NCBI RefSeq assembly: GCF_006345805.1 | Contig: NC_043008.1 | Span: forward strand, 36,022,001-36,086,000 | Source of the DNA: Octopus sinensis | Taxonomy: Eukaryota | Length of the DNA: 64,000 nucleotides | Reading direction: 5' to 3' | Shown here: one piece after another, positions 1 through 14,337 of the stretch | Layout: each line of letters begins with the position of its first letter | Position numbering within the stretch: position 1 is the stretch's first letter | Position numbers and translations under genes: made by a program | Notes under the pieces: generated by a model | What the model saw: the letters and a program-made list of their open reading frames with translations, nothing else | Told to the model about the DNA's origin: nothing | Database searches by the model: none

Positions 1-2296
1 AGTGACTTTGGAAAGATGCAATGCAAAATTAATCTTGGTTGACTTGAACTCATAACCAAACGTCAAAAAGTATACTGTCTGATACTCTATAGTTTCTACT
101 GTCCACCTGTAACATCAGAGCCTTTTCAATTTTTCCCAAACTTCCATCTACACTTCATTAAATTCAAATTTACTATTACAAGAATTACTGTTAAAACTTT
201 GCTGACAAGAACAGCAAGACTTTCCGGCTCTGTCCAAAACCAAGAAATTCTATGTTTTGTCATCTGTAGAAACTAATTCTTAACAAATAGAATGATTGTA
301 AAGGGAAATTTGCAAAACATTTCTCCTTAATTTCAAAGTATACAGGCACTTGTACTTGAAGAATAGCATTTATAGCTCCCAGCTATATTTATTAACTGTC
401 AACAAGTCTTACTAAAATAAATTCTAACATCTGCAAATAATCAAAACAAAAAATAAAGAAACCTCAAAATAAACACTTTAAACTCATTCTGACAAGTAGC
501 TTAAATTTCTGTTATGATAAAGGATGGCAGGGAGGTAGGGATTTTTTTCTTCATATTTATTTCTCCTGTCCTCTTCCCCAGCTAATAACATTTATTTAGT
601 CATTACAAACTCTGTAAGTAATTTAAAAAAAAAAAAAACAAGCAACAAGGAAATTATTTTAAAAAGAGCAAAAACTTTTCTTTAATTCAATAAATTACTT
701 GAATTCACCACACTAGTAAGGAGGATATTAAATTAGAAATAGCTTAAAATGTTTTGACATGAAAAATTTGTGAACAACCAAGATTAAAACCTCACTCAAT
801 ACTTGCCACCATGTAGATAAATGTAAGAAGGTGGCAGAGTGCCAAGTCAGAAATTCTCATAGCATGAACAACTGAGACAGCTATCTTACACAAGATATTA
901 TTGACAGATTAGGCAGCTTACATATAACAACCATTATTATTATTATTATTATAGTCCTAAAACAATCAGACCTGATCATAATTCTTCAACAATTAGATTT
1001 CTTACTCATATTTGAAATTAAGTAATTAGTTTGATTTACCAAATTTTGATCTCAACAAAATAAAAATAGAGTAAAAAAAGAAAAAATTAATGGGAAAATA
1101 GATACAATTATCTAAAGAAACAAGTTAACATTAGGTAAATAACTCAATGATAATAGAGAGAGAAATGTCGTCATTTATCTGTAATGCCATTTTCTATTCT
1201 GAGAATGAGAACACATAACGTCTCTGTGGAAAAAGGCCAAAGACAGAGCACAATACGAAAGTGTAGAAAAGAAACTAGCACATGCGTGTGTGCATACTCA
1301 CACTCACACACAACAAATGTATTCAAATTGCAATAATTCTGAGAATATATCATTATACATGTTTCTTGTAAACTAGATCAGAGATCATGAAAGAATCCTA
1401 ACTACATACACCAGAAACATGTGGCTTATTCTCAAATGTCCTATTACTTTAAGGGTGTTTGTGTGTCAGTTTTAACACACACACACACACAAATATAAAT
1501 TTAGAGCTTGGTTTTTCATGCTTGCAAAGCTTGTTGGATCAAGTCTGGTATGAAGTATATTGGCAAAAACCCTGTTTAATATTAAGGCCATTCACTCTCA
1601 AATGACCCTGTCCACCTTGCACTCATTAAAAAGTTTATTTCAGTAAGCATCGAGTGCAGTGTCCATTTTAGATATGGACTTTTTAACTCTAGTAGTGGAT
1701 CTTACAAGACATTGCTCATCATAAATAGGCCTTCGCCTTTACAATAATAACATATCAATCATCGTAGATAGTACTAAGTGCACCATATAGTACACTAAGC
1801 ATATCAAAACTATATTACTCACACCTGAAGATTATGTAACAAAAAATTTAATATCAAATAAATTGTTATATAATCAGATAGGCCTACAGTTTTTTAAATT
1901 TATTAAAAAAATCTTTTTTTAAAGAAGTGTGACAGATGTTCATGAATGTAAGTCTCATTTCTCTATACCAATAATGTTTATTCACTGTCTGATACAGCTT
2001 GGTGCCATTATTATTGCAGGCATTACAACAGTCAGAACACAAAGAGCCAGATGAGATACCACAAGACATCATCTTGTCTGACTTTCTAACAGTCCCACTA
2101 ATACACAGCACTGGAATGATACATTTTAACTGACTCTAAAACAAAAACAAAGTTGACCTTGGTGGGATTTGAACCCAGAGTGCAAAGACTTGAAACAAAT
2201 ACTATGAAGCACTCAATCCAACACCTAGACAACTTAGCCAGTTCACTACATTCATACATATGTGCCATACAAAATGTCAAAAAGAGCTGGATGCAA

Positions 2297-2338
<42 letters not shown>

Positions 2339-2387
2339 TGCATATAACTGATCGAGTTTATTTTAGTGCAGCACTGAATTTCAAACC

Positions 2388-2571
2388 TTAACCCTTTCAT
2401 TAGTCAATGTCTGTTGAAATAGTCTGGCTTTGTTTCAATTAATTTTGAAAATAGTGAGAAATTTAGTAAAATAACATCCTGATGGAATGTTTTAATTCAG
2501 ATCATTTTAAAGCAGAATTTGTATTATAGAACCAAAGGTGGTCTCAGGCAGGTTTGTATGAAACGAGTTAA
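2388..2571. mobile_element. TTAA-flanked MITE (piggyBac-like non-autonomous element), degenerate
   Basis: Begins TTAA-CCCTTTCAT at 2388 and ends ATGAAACGAG-TTAA at 2571. Imperfect terminal inverted repeats between two TTAA sites; AT-rich non-coding interior. Confidence 0.6.
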
Positions 2572-4156
2572 TATAACGAGCTTGGTGAAGGCCAATTAAA
2601 CAAGGCTAATTCTTTCTCAATAAACACCAAACTAGTCAGTGGTTTCTAAAGACTAAAAAGTTAACAAGTTACAGAACACAAAGCCATCACAAATATACAC
2701 ATAATCCTATAAAAATCTATAGTAGCAATATCTAATCATGTAAAAATACACGCACAAACAAACTGAACCTTCACTAACCATTACTCAAAGCAGATAATAT
2801 TAGAATAAAAGAAAAATTATATTATTTACATCAAATATCGATATATTAATTAGCATAGCATACACAACTATATTCTTAATTAGCATAGTGTACATAAATA
2901 TATTCTTTGTTCGAAAAAGGTAAATAAAAAGCAAGTGGTAAACATTAGCAACTCAAAGGGGGATAATTTAATGAAATTTACTTTAAAAAAATTTAATTCT
3001 CGTGAATGAAGGAAATAAATCTGATCTTTGTTAGTTAGAGTTACAATGTCAAGACATGTTTCAGTCTAATTGGTGCTTGTCCATGAAGTATGGGCAATAG
3101 GAACCTGCTTCATCAGTAAAAAGAAGATTTTTACATGTAGAAAGAAGTGTTCGTGAACATTTTTGGCCAGTAAATAATTTGCATAACACTTGAAATGTTT
3201 TACATTATTTAGCCAAAAGAATAACTCAAACCAAAAAAAAAAACTCTACATTAGTGATAGATTTTTTTTAACTTGGCATGTTTAAATTGTAATTTCCTTA
3301 ATAATCCAGTTATTAGAGTGTCACACGTATTTTAGTTTTAAGTAAATATTAATAAGGATAAACTTTTTACAACATGATATTGAGGAGGTATTTTTTTCGA
3401 TGTCCATTGGATGCTGTAAAAACTAACAGCATGTCACTGCTGATGCATGTGTCACCAGTTCTCCATTACCACTCTATGTAGTCACTCAACCTGCTAGCAA
3501 TAGCAACCAAGTTGGTCTCAAAAGATAATGTTAATGTCCTAAAAAGGATGGATATACTGAACAATATAATCACACAAACACGAAGACACATATACACAAA
3601 TACATAACTACTACTACTACACACACACACACACATATATCAGAATGAACATGAACAGAATGCATTTGATCATATGGCAGATCTTTTTGGTCAGAGCTGT
3701 CCTAGAGTCAAGAGAAAGAGAGACAAGATAAAAAAATTTATATGAGTGGGAGTGAAATAAAATGAAATAGCAGAAACACGTTTTCACTAGCAAATAATTC
3801 TGATGGAGGAAACGTATCAATAGACAAACGAGTAAAGCTGCATTATAATATTAATAGTAAGATTAAAAGGAGGAGGCACATTAATGAACAAGCTGACAAA
3901 AGCTTGTGTGAATGGGGGAAGAGGGAAAAAAAAAAAAGCAAAAAGTTGAGACAGCTGCTTGAACACAAAATAGGTCACTCTTACAACCAATAATGTGTTG
4001 AATAGTTTCTGAATAATAACCTATAGGCTTACTAGTTAACTACTTTGCATTTGTTATAAACCAGAGTTTGTAGAAAGTAATGACTAATAGGGTAAATATG
4101 AAAATAAAATATTACTGAGGATAATTCGAATTGTTCAAATAGTAACTCCCAAGTAA

Positions 4157-4158
<2 letters not shown>

Positions 4159-4212
<54 letters not shown>

Positions 4213-4238
4213 TAATTATTTTAATGATTATAGCCTCG

Positions 4239-4308
<70 letters not shown>

Positions 4309-4328
4309 GGGGAGAGAGGGAGAGAGAG
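4159..4328. repeat. Compound microsatellites (TA)n, (CA)n, (TA)n, (GA)n
   Basis: Directly visible dinucleotide runs. Confidence 0.95.
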
Positions 4329-5260
4329 ATCATCATTTAGTGTCTGTTTTCTATGTTGGCATGGGTTGGACAGTTTGAGTCGAATTACTAAGCCAGTTAG
4401 GTGTACCAGGCTGAAGTCTGATATATATATATATATATATATACATACATGCACTTAGAGTTAAGAATGATGTATAAATTCTCTTTCTCTCTCTCTTTGT
4501 ATGAAGGCTAGGGTCCTTTATATAGAAAAGTGACCAATAGAGAAAATAGGTACCATAGTAAAACAAGGAAAACTTGTAAAAGTGCTAGATGCTTTTTTTT
4601 TTTTTTTGAAACCAAAACATAAATAAATATTCTGAAATTTAGTTAAAAAAGAATTAGGTTTATAATACTAGATCTAAATTCCAGACTACAAAATATATTA
4701 AAAGTTAAAAAAAAAAAAAGACATACCAACAGATTAAGGTCCACATGGATCTAATGTCACAGTGAGACTAAATACTTACAGACATGATCAGGGGTTGCTA
4801 GGATAGGCTACAAGTAGCAGATTACACTACTTTTCAGGACAGCATGAAACTATTTTTTTTTATAAATTCTATTTTATTGGGGTTGTTTACTATTTTAAAA
4901 TATTAATTTTTAAAGTTAAGAATCATGTTGAATATCATAACTAAGTAAATCAGTATCAAACCACAGGCAATATAATATATATATACATACACACACACAC
5001 ACACACACACATAAATATTTATTTATTTTTAAGTATATAATTATAAAATACAATTATAATTAAGGGTGCTGGAATGCCAGTACCTATACACTAGAAGTAG
5101 ATGTCAAATACTTACAATACACTCTAAATTTGTTCTAAAAATTAATTTTAGAGATATGGCCATTTTTTGTATGTTAGCCACTGATATAATCATTTTATTG
5201 ATTATATCCTCAATTTATATATATATATATATAGGGAGAGAGAGAGAGAGAGAGAGAGAG

Positions 5261-5545
5261 ATCATCATCATCATCATCATTTAGAGTCTGTTTTCAATGT
5301 TGGCATGGGTTGGATGGTTTGAGTGGAACTGGTAAGCCAGAGAGCTGTACTAGGCTCCAGTCTGGTTTGGCTTGGTTTCTACAGCTGGATGCCCTTCCTA
5401 ATGCCAATCACTCCAAGAGTATGGCAAATACCTTTTACATATCACCAGCACTGGCCACAAACATGACTTCACTTAGTTTGGCATGACTTCTCAAGCACAG
5501 CAAATTGCCAACAGTCTCAATCACTTGTTAACACCTCTGTGAGAG
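5261..5545 (-). mobile_element. SINE-like family C copy with (GAT)n tail
   Basis: Reverse complement of the GGAAGGGCATCCAGCTGTAGAAAC...CCAACCCATGC...(GAT)n unit also seen at 9767-9957, 44880-45115 and 61452-61991. Confidence 0.8.
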
Positions 5546-5584
5546 CCATGCATACAAATATATATATATATATATACATATCAT

Positions 5585-6613
5585 GCAACTCTTCTGAACG
5601 ATCCTCTTGTTTAAGTCGGTGAATGCTGCCATAATCCTTGCAATGTTTTGAGTGGCACAAGTGCTTCAAAAGCAGAACATCCCTGGAAGGCAATAAATGA
5701 TCTGGAAGACCTGCCACGAGCGTCACACCAAGAAATATGGAGAAAATTCCTCAGCTTGTACATTGATTGAGGACAATCAATGACATTTCTGATGTTGGGC
5801 TGTTGTATGGGTCTGTACAGGTAATCCTAATGCCTGAACTGAACATGCAATGTGTCTGTCAAATTTGTTCCCTGCCTGCTGACCACTGGACAGAAAGAAC
5901 ATTGCATTAAAGTCTGTCAAGATCTCTATCAGCGTGCTGCTGATGACCCATCATTCCTGTCAAGGATCATCACCTGTGATGAGAATTGGGTCTACAAGTA
6001 CGACCCCTGAGATGAAACAGCAGGCGTCACAATGGAAGAGGCCTTCATCTCTATGACTAAAGAAGGTACAACAGAGTCACAGCTCAGTCAAGAGCATGCT
6101 CATGATTGTTTTTCGACATCTGCAGTATCGTGCATCAAGCATTCATCCCCCAAGGTCAGACCATCAATCGAGAGTTCTGCTGCGCCATTCTGAAGCGTTT
6201 GAGGGAGGATCTTCAGTGAAAGTGAGTGGATCTGTGAAGTGCAAAGAATTGGATTCTTTGTGACAACAATGCACCCTGTCACTGAGCTCTCCTCACTCAT
6301 GAGATTCTTGCCAAAGACAACATGGCATCACTTCTGCACCCACCTTACTTGCCAAATTTAGCACCTGCAGACTACCATCTCTTCGCCAAGATGAAAAGGC
6401 AACTCAAAGGTTGCTGTTTTAATACCATTGTTCAAAGATCCAGAGTGAATCGCAGAAGGTCCTTGACTCGCTCATGGAAAGTGGTAGGAACACTGGGACT
6501 GGTATACTGCTGTATAAGGAAACTATTTTGAAGGAGATTATGTTAAAACTTAGGTAAATAAGTTATTTTGTATCAAACATAACTAGTCTGGGAACTTCTT
6601 GATACCACCTAGT
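5585..6613 (+). mobile_element. Tc1/mariner transposon remnant (transposase pseudogene, frameshifted, 5' truncated)
   Basis: Manual translation gives KFVPCLLT, IITCDENWVYKYDP, QQASQWK, FIPQGQTIN, CDNNAPCH and HPPYLPNLAPADYHLF. These match the mariner WVPHEL, first-D, HDNA and YSPDLAPxD motifs. TIR-like end GGGAACTTCTTGATACCACCT at ~6590-6612. Confidence 0.92.
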
Positions 6614-8109
6614 CATGACAACACAATTGGCAGTTTCCCATTTAGTGTGTTAGTAGTGAGAAAGATTAATAGACCCTTCCAACCCAAGCTTATAAGGAAA
6701 AACAGATGTAAAATGAGGATGATGATGGGCATACAATCATGAGTGACATAGACATTTGCTTTGTAACCACATTGTTCTTAGTTTCAGTCCTACTTGGCAT
6801 GAGAGCCTTGTGGAATTGAGTAAGCAAAAACTTGATGCATATGCATACTTATATACATACATATATACACTTTTACATATACACATGTATGTGTGTGTGT
6901 GTGTGTGTGTGTGCAAGTGCACACACATAGGGCAACTTTTAGTTTCCTGTATTGAAATCAATCTAAATCCTTGAAGGCAGTGTAAGTAAAAGGATATAAG
7001 AATAAAATCATAATAAATTTTGAGAAACATCTTCCTTCTAGAATTAACTGGTTTCTAAGTAAATAATATCAGATAGTGTAATCTCTAATTTGAGACAGAA
7101 AATAATAAGCAGTCTAGTAACAGGTCTCAAACCATACGGATATTTTTTGCTGGATAACTGTGTTACCAATTGCAAAGTGCTTATCATGACATCTGCAATG
7201 AGCAAGAGATATGGGCTTTGGGCCCTGGCAATGGACCATGCTGTTCTTTTGTCTTAAATTGGTGCTTTTAATATCTAATAAGAGTCTACTGTAAATTTAT
7301 TTACTATGAAACTGAAATTTCATAAATAAACTTCAGTAAGTGGATATCATCATTGTTGTCGTAACACTTTTCCATGCTTGCATGGGTCAGAAAGAATTTG
7401 TTGAAGCAGATTTTCTGTAATGGGATGCCCTTCCTGGTGCCAACTCTCACATGTTTCTAAGTAGGTTAATATTTTCTCATGACCAGACATGTTTTCATGG
7501 AAGATTTGAAACAATTAACACTATTTGTATGATGGTGACATTTGTTTACAATTATTATGTGATGCCAAGGCAAGGAAGCACAAACACATTCACATAATAT
7601 GAAGAGATTCTTGTTTCTGTCTACCAGATCTACCCATAAAGCTTTGATCACCCTGGGACTGTAGAAAAAGACACTTGCTCAAGGTGCTACACAGTGGCAC
7701 TGAACTGGAAACCACATGGCTGGAAAGCAAAAAGCAATTGTATATACTGCTGCGTTGTGTTCATTGTCTGCGGAAGCAGCCTGTTGAAGAGGAAGACCAA
7801 GAAAGAAAAGAGAAGAAGTGGTAAAGGTTGATCTCAAAATCTTGAAACATCTGGTAGAAATGACAGAGGGAATGGAATAAGTGGCAAGATGTTGGACAAG
7901 AGAAGACCCATCCAAACCATGCAATTATGGAAGAGATATAAAATATGACAGAAAAATGAAAGACAAAGTTGAATGAAGCTGAATATGATGAACTCAGAAA
8001 ATAGCTATGTAAAGGTAATCACTGACAGTCATTCAGTCAAGTGCACATAACCAATCACAGCACATCTACATTTCCATAATTATCATAGAAAATCAAATTA
8101 TATATCTTC

Positions 8110-8495
8110 TTTTACTTTTGTTTCAATCTTTGGATGAAACCCTTGAAAGGTTTATTTGAACAAACTGCCTCCAGTAGTTATTCTTTAAAATAAAGTTTGG
8201 TACTTATTTTATCAACCTCTTGTACTGAACTGCTAAGTTAGAGGAACATAAACAAACCAACTGGTTGCCAAGTAGTGGGGGGAGATGACAAACACAAATA
8301 CTCACATACACAGGCATGAGCACACGCACGATGAAGTTACATAGCTCCCATGTTCCAAATTCACTCAGAAAGTATTAATTGGCCTGGAGCTATAATTGAA
8401 GACATTACTTGCCTCTGGCCCAAGATGTTATGCAGTGGGACTGAACCCGAAACCATGTAGTTGCAACGCAAGCTTCTTAACCAGACAGTTATCCC
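8110..8495 (-). mobile_element. tRNA-derived SINE family A, degenerate near-full-length copy
   Basis: Reverse complement of the 21631-22013 element (head GCAGTGGGACTGAACC at ~8432-8447). Confidence 0.75.
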
Positions 8496-9766
8496 TCCAC
8501 ATATATATCTCTCTTCACTTTCATTTCCCATTCTCACTTTCTATTTCAGTAAATTGAAATATGACTAATTAATTGGAAATTTTAAACTACTAAAATCACT
8601 ATAAATGATTCAAAGTTTTTACAACCCCGTCTTTAAAATATACAACCCCCAGCCACCTAAAAACAAGACAAAATCATACAAACATACCACTGTGAAATTG
8701 TGAGAACCTTTTGACTGAAAAAAAGAGAACTGCACCAGTTACAAATACATTTTTTTCTTCCTAAATCCTCACTACAAGTTTTAGAAATTACCCTTCCACT
8801 GGCTCTACCACTTCGTTCATTAGGTCACCCATGTACTAGCATAGCAGTAGTCTCTAACCTTTCCTTCCAGGTCACTCATACTCAGTTTTCATTGGTGCAT
8901 TTAATACAATTGTACACATTAAATGATATTTCTCCTGTCAGTCAACAAGTCTCCACATCCTCCTACCAACATGGATTTCATCACATTCTACAATAAAAAT
9001 GAGAATCTGGTGACATTTAACAAAAGCAAAATACAAACACACTTACTGAAAATACCACCACTACCAAACTAATTACGAACAACTTTAAATTACAAGAATC
9101 TTACCCACCCCTATTAGCATTCCTGGAAACCACAAATTCTCTGAACCAAAAAAGGGAGATTCTGCATAATTGCCTGATCTGTCAAAAGTAGCGACCAAAA
9201 CTTCATCAAACCCTTTACAATAGCAACTTCAAACAGTAACAAGCTCAGCTTGTTCTATTTTTCAGCCAAATCCTAAATTCTCACCCAAAATAAGAACCAG
9301 ATGAGACAACAAAGAAGGTTCAATGAAGATATTTAACCTATTAAGGGTAGTAGACATACATATCTGCCAACCTAGTCTTAAATATGGTCTATTTCAAAGT
9401 AATTCTCAGTACTGACTTAATACTAAAACTTAACCATATTAGCTCACCTCATTTTGTCATCAATATCAGAACCTTTCTATTTCAGTACAATGATCATTAC
9501 ATAATGATGTTGACAAAGTTATTTCTTCAATGAACCACAGCAAAACAACGGAAACAGCTGAAATCTGATATCTTCATGTTTTGGGGGAGAAAAATTATTT
9601 CTTTTTACATACAGTAGACTGCATGAAAAAAATTCACAGAAAATACAGCGCAGAATATAGCTTATATAATAATTATTTCATAATAATGATTTTTTATATA
9701 CTAACAAGAGGCTGTATTTTTTGCAGAGAGAAGATCATAGCCAATTGAACTGAGTTTGGTATATAT

Positions 9767-9957
9767 GTGGCACGTAAAAAGCACCCACTACACTCTTGGA
9801 GTGTTTAGCGTTAGGAAGGGCATCCAGCTGTAGAAACTCTGCCAAATCAAGATTGGAGCCTGGTGCAGCCATCTGGTTTGCCAGCCCTCAGTCAAAATTG
9901 TCCAACCCATGCTAGCATGGAAAGCGGACATTAAACGATGATGATAATGATGATGAT
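9767..9957 (+). mobile_element. SINE-like family C, young 3' portion ending in (GAT)n
   Basis: Nearly identical to the 3' end of 61800-61991 (GGCACGTAAAAAGCACCCACTACACTC...GGAAAGCGGACATTAAACGATGATG). Confidence 0.85.
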
Positions 9958-10299
9958 ATAGTATAAAGAGAATGGAAAGGCGAGTTGGCTACAGCATGAT
10001 CTGACAGTACAATGTTAAGTGAGTCTATGGTTCAGCCTCTGTCTGGTTTCTTTTTATTAAATTCCATCAGCTCATCATTTTCAATATCATTTATAGTTTC
10101 TAAAATCTCAGTTACCAGCTTCCTCTTCACAGTTAACATCATCATCAATAATAATGATATCAGTTTACAGGGTTTAACTGAACTTTACCAAATGATTTGA
10201 TTAATTAGTTCATTAACAGAAAAAGTTTCTCAAAATAATCTGATGAGGAAATCCACTAGGCAAAGCCATAAAAACAGACATTATATAAATATATAAGCT

Positions 10300-10640
10300 C
10301 AGATATGGCGATGCAGTTAAGGTGTTTGCTCCCCAACCATATGATTTTGGGTTCAGTCCTATTGTGTGACATGTCTGCTTGGGCTCTGCACTTACAAAAG
10401 GATTAAGAGTGAAATTTGGTAGACTGAAATTGAAAGAAGCCTGTCATATATATATATATAGTGTGTGTGTGTGCACATATACACAACATATATATATATT
10501 GGCATTAGCAAGGGCATCCAGGTGTAGAAACCATGCCAAATCAGACTGGAATCTGGTGCAGCCCCTCAGCTTACCAGCACTGGTCAAACCATCCAACCCA
10601 TACTAGCATGGACAATGGATGTTAAATGATGATGATGATG
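10300..10640 (+). mobile_element. Family A SINE head followed by family C tail
   Basis: CCAACCATATGATTTTGGGTTCAGTCC head, GGTAGACTGAAATTGAAAGAAGCC, microsatellite, then GGGCATCCAGGTGTAGAAAC...(GAT)n. Confidence 0.7.
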
Positions 10641-11827
10641 CTATATATAGTGTGTGTGTGTGTGTCTCTTATTTTGAGATTACACAATAGTCATAAAAGA
10701 GCATCATCATCAAGCAAGTGGTAACATTCATTTCTAACCTTCCATGAAATATGTCCAGCCACTGGAAAATATCTCCCTGATTGGGAACAGGTGAGGATTT
10801 GTGACATAAAGGGCATCCAGTCACAAAAAAAATGTACCTTGATGGATCTCATCTGACATAAGGAAGCAGGGAAAATAGGACATCAAAACTATGATTTGCA
10901 TATAAAATGTATATACAGAATGTCAAGTCATATTCAATTACAAGTGGCAGTTTATACACACAGACACACACACACAACTTTGAGCTCACTTCTGTTATGT
11001 CACTTAGAATTACGGTTAGGGTTAGGCACAAGGCCTGAAATTTTTGGGGAGAGGGCCAGTCAATTAGATTGAACCCTTTATGCAACTGGTACTTAATTTA
11101 TCGACCCCGAATGGACAAAAGGCATGTCACTTAGAATAATGTCTTAACTACAGTGTCAAGTTAACCAACACCTTGTGAGTAGAATTAAGTAGACAGGAGT
11201 GTGTATGCCTGTATGTATGTATGTGACCCTAAGTTTAAACCAGCTTCAAGCTTGGTGTTGCTTAAGTTATGTCCTATTACGTCCTTAGCAGTTCAACAAA
11301 TAAAAACTGATAAAACTAGTTCCAGACCAAAATAAATACTGGGGGCCAATATAATCAACAAAAACCCTTGAATGTGGTGCATGTAGTGCAGTGTTATGAC
11401 TAGAATAAATAAATATATAAAACTTTTATAGAGGACATCATAGAGGAAAAAAAAACTAAGAACTATTTGTTTTACACAAATAATTAATAATATCAAATAC
11501 ACATTGGTCAGGTTATCAAAAGGAAGATAAACCAAAACAGTTTAATCCTGTATCTAACGACTGAAAAATATCCTTAGATTAAGTTCAATATAACTTAGAT
11601 ATCTAAACAATGAAATGTATGTTAGTATTTTTTTTCCTGGTGCAAAGAAAACATCAAATTTATCCTTGAGACACAAATAAATTTGCACTGTCGAGTTGCA
11701 AGTTGTTATGATGGCAGCTTAAGCTCAAAGGAACTTTACTTAAATAACACTAAGATATATGATGTCTGCAGATCAACCACCTCCAAAATAAATGAGCAAG
11801 GTTAACAGAACACCAGGCAACACACTG

Positions 11828-12110
11828 AGAGGTGCAATGTAACATTTTGGGAATGTTACATGGGATGCAGTGCAGCAGCCAGAGCATGCTGTAGGGGTGG
11901 GCTGGGTGGGGGATGCAGTGTGTCAGTTGGAGTACATTGTATGGGGATGCAATTTCAGCAGCCAGGGTTCTTTGTTTAAGGGTATAGAGCATAGGTTGGG
12001 GATCTTTATATGAAGGTGCACAGTGCAACAGTCGGGATATATTACATGGAGAGGCAGTGAGAAAACTGGAGCATGTTGCATGAGGGTGCACTGAGGCAGT
12101 CAGGGACTGC
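11828..12110. repeat. Degenerate GC-rich minisatellite, ~33-34 bp period, about 8 units
   Basis: Recurring GGGATGCAGTG...CAG...GGAGCATGTTRCATG units; the minus-strand ORF here repeats LLHC/LHC. Confidence 0.7.
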
Positions 12111-13921
12111 AACAACTCACTCACTATTTTCAATTGTTGATAAATAACACAATAATGGGATTCATTCAGGAGAACTCAGTCAACATGACTGCTTCTCTAC
12201 CAATTTGTGGTTATGCGCTAAAATTACAAAAATCACGACTACTGCTGGACAACCCTGATGGAGTGAACCTATGATCAAAAGAATTCCAGCAATGACCATC
12301 CCATTGCAAGCAATCAAGGATCACATAAATAACATGTCCTTTTTTATTACTGACTGTGAGGTTATGATTTGAGACAGATTTAGCTGCTATTTCTAGCTCA
12401 TCATTCAACCACATAAAGACTCCCTCATTTGTTTCTTCAGACAAAAATGCATTGCAGTATTTGTTCTGACTCTTTGCTTTCTGAGTTCAAATCTCAATAT
12501 GGTCCCTTACTCCAAGTTTCAGGCCTTATGCTTAGACAAGAAATAATTACTAAAGGGCAATGGGTTAGCAAAAATTGTTAGAAAATTGGAAAATAACTTT
12601 GCAGTATTTCTTTCAACTCCTCATACTCTGAGTTCAAATTCTATTCAAGTCAACTATGCTGTCATTCCACTGGAAACAATAAAATAAATTACCAATCAAA
12701 TACGGAGTTGATGGTACTTTCAACTCCTTTCCTCAAACTGTTTGGCCTTGTACTCAAATTAGAAACAATTATCATTATTATTATTATTATTATTATTATT
12801 TAACAGATTGGAATAATCAGACAAAATGTATTAGGATATTCAGTTTGGTTTATCTATATTCTCAGTTTAAATTCTGCTTGGCCCATTTCATCTTACTTAT
12901 CTCAAGGATTATTAATAGAAGTACCAGTAGTTGATTCTGGTCAAGGAACTTGAGACTACTGTCACTTTGCAGCAATTGGATTTCTACCATGTATTTTTCC
13001 CACTCTTTCACAAGCTTGTAGTGGTGAGCCTATGACTTACATCAACTAATTTAATTACCAGTAATTTACTAAAACAATCATGGAAAGAAGAAGGGGAAAA
13101 AAAGGAGAATAAAAGAAAAGAAAAGATAGAAAGAAAGATCTAAAATTATGCAAAATAGAAAGTATTGACAATGTGGCCTTTGCTGGTTGAGTCACCACTG
13201 CCAAACTAATGCCCTTATAACAGGCAAATATTGATGTTTGTATGTCCTCAGAGTGACTGGAATACTAATGCTGAGCATGCATACACATACACACACACAG
13301 AGGACATTGTGGGTGGTACAGAAGTTGGTTTTCACTTTTCCTATAACTGTTTATCAGGTTTTCACATTTTTTTCCCCACCTTCATCTTCAAACAACTGCA
13401 AATGAAAACAGACAGAACTCACAATGCATTACTATTTCTTCGTGTTATGGTTTAAAGTGGAAATTAACAAGCAGCTTCTCTATTTCGACCTTGATATCTG
13501 CCAGATATTACATAACATCGACTCCTGCATATAATAAAACAATTATAAAAGATAAGGTACATGGGAGGAAACAAAAAAAAAAAAGAGACATAAACAAAAT
13601 AAAGCACAACCAAACTATCACATTACAAACAAATACCTTTACAACAAGTTGAAAACATAGCACACAACACGCGTATGCATTTATGTATGTATTGGGATAT
13701 CTGAAAAGACTTTCTTGAAATGTATACAAATAGAAGTGAATTTTGCTTTCTTTTATCAAGAGTTTAGGCAATATTCCAAACATTACACAAAATAAGTCTA
13801 ACAAAGTGTAATTTGTAATCTAATTAATACCTTGGTCTATCCATGTGGTGACTAGCCAGAACTAATACCTAATGTGATAAATGTAGATTGTTAAATAAAA
13901 TTACAATACACACACGTATGT

Positions 13922-13925
<4 letters not shown>

Positions 13926-13972
<47 letters not shown>
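13926..13972. repeat. (TA)n microsatellite
   Basis: Visible run. Confidence 0.95.
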
Positions 13973-13978
<6 letters not shown>

Positions 13979-14296
13979 CAATTTGTTCCACCTTAGATAA
14001 ACCAAATGACATTGGTTCGATGTGCAAACAAGTAGTTTGGTCCTTGCTTTCTCACATGCACACTCCCCCCCTCCTCCACCTCCTTCTTTCGCTCACTACT
14101 GACAAATTGTTTTTGAATGTAGCTATGAAGTAGTCTCAATTTCACTTATAAGGCAATATATAAGGGTCCTGGGTCCTGAAAATATTTACATAAACTGTCT
14201 GCTCATGTGTAAGGCTTTATTCAAATGAAAATAAACTATTTTAATCTGTATCAAATATCTTATTGAATAGTGAACTACTAAATCCCCCAATTAAGA

Positions 14297-14337
<41 letters not shown>

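Noticed and set aside
3053-3116. Minus-strand CTGATGA...GAAACATGTC resembling a second hammerhead
   Set aside because: No stem I complementarity and only two base pairs at the base of stem II; chance match or too decayed to call.
10050-10145. Minus-strand frame MLTVKRKLVTEILETINDIENDELMEFNKKKPDRG*
   Set aside because: Protein-like but short, with no convincing splice sites and no recognised homology.
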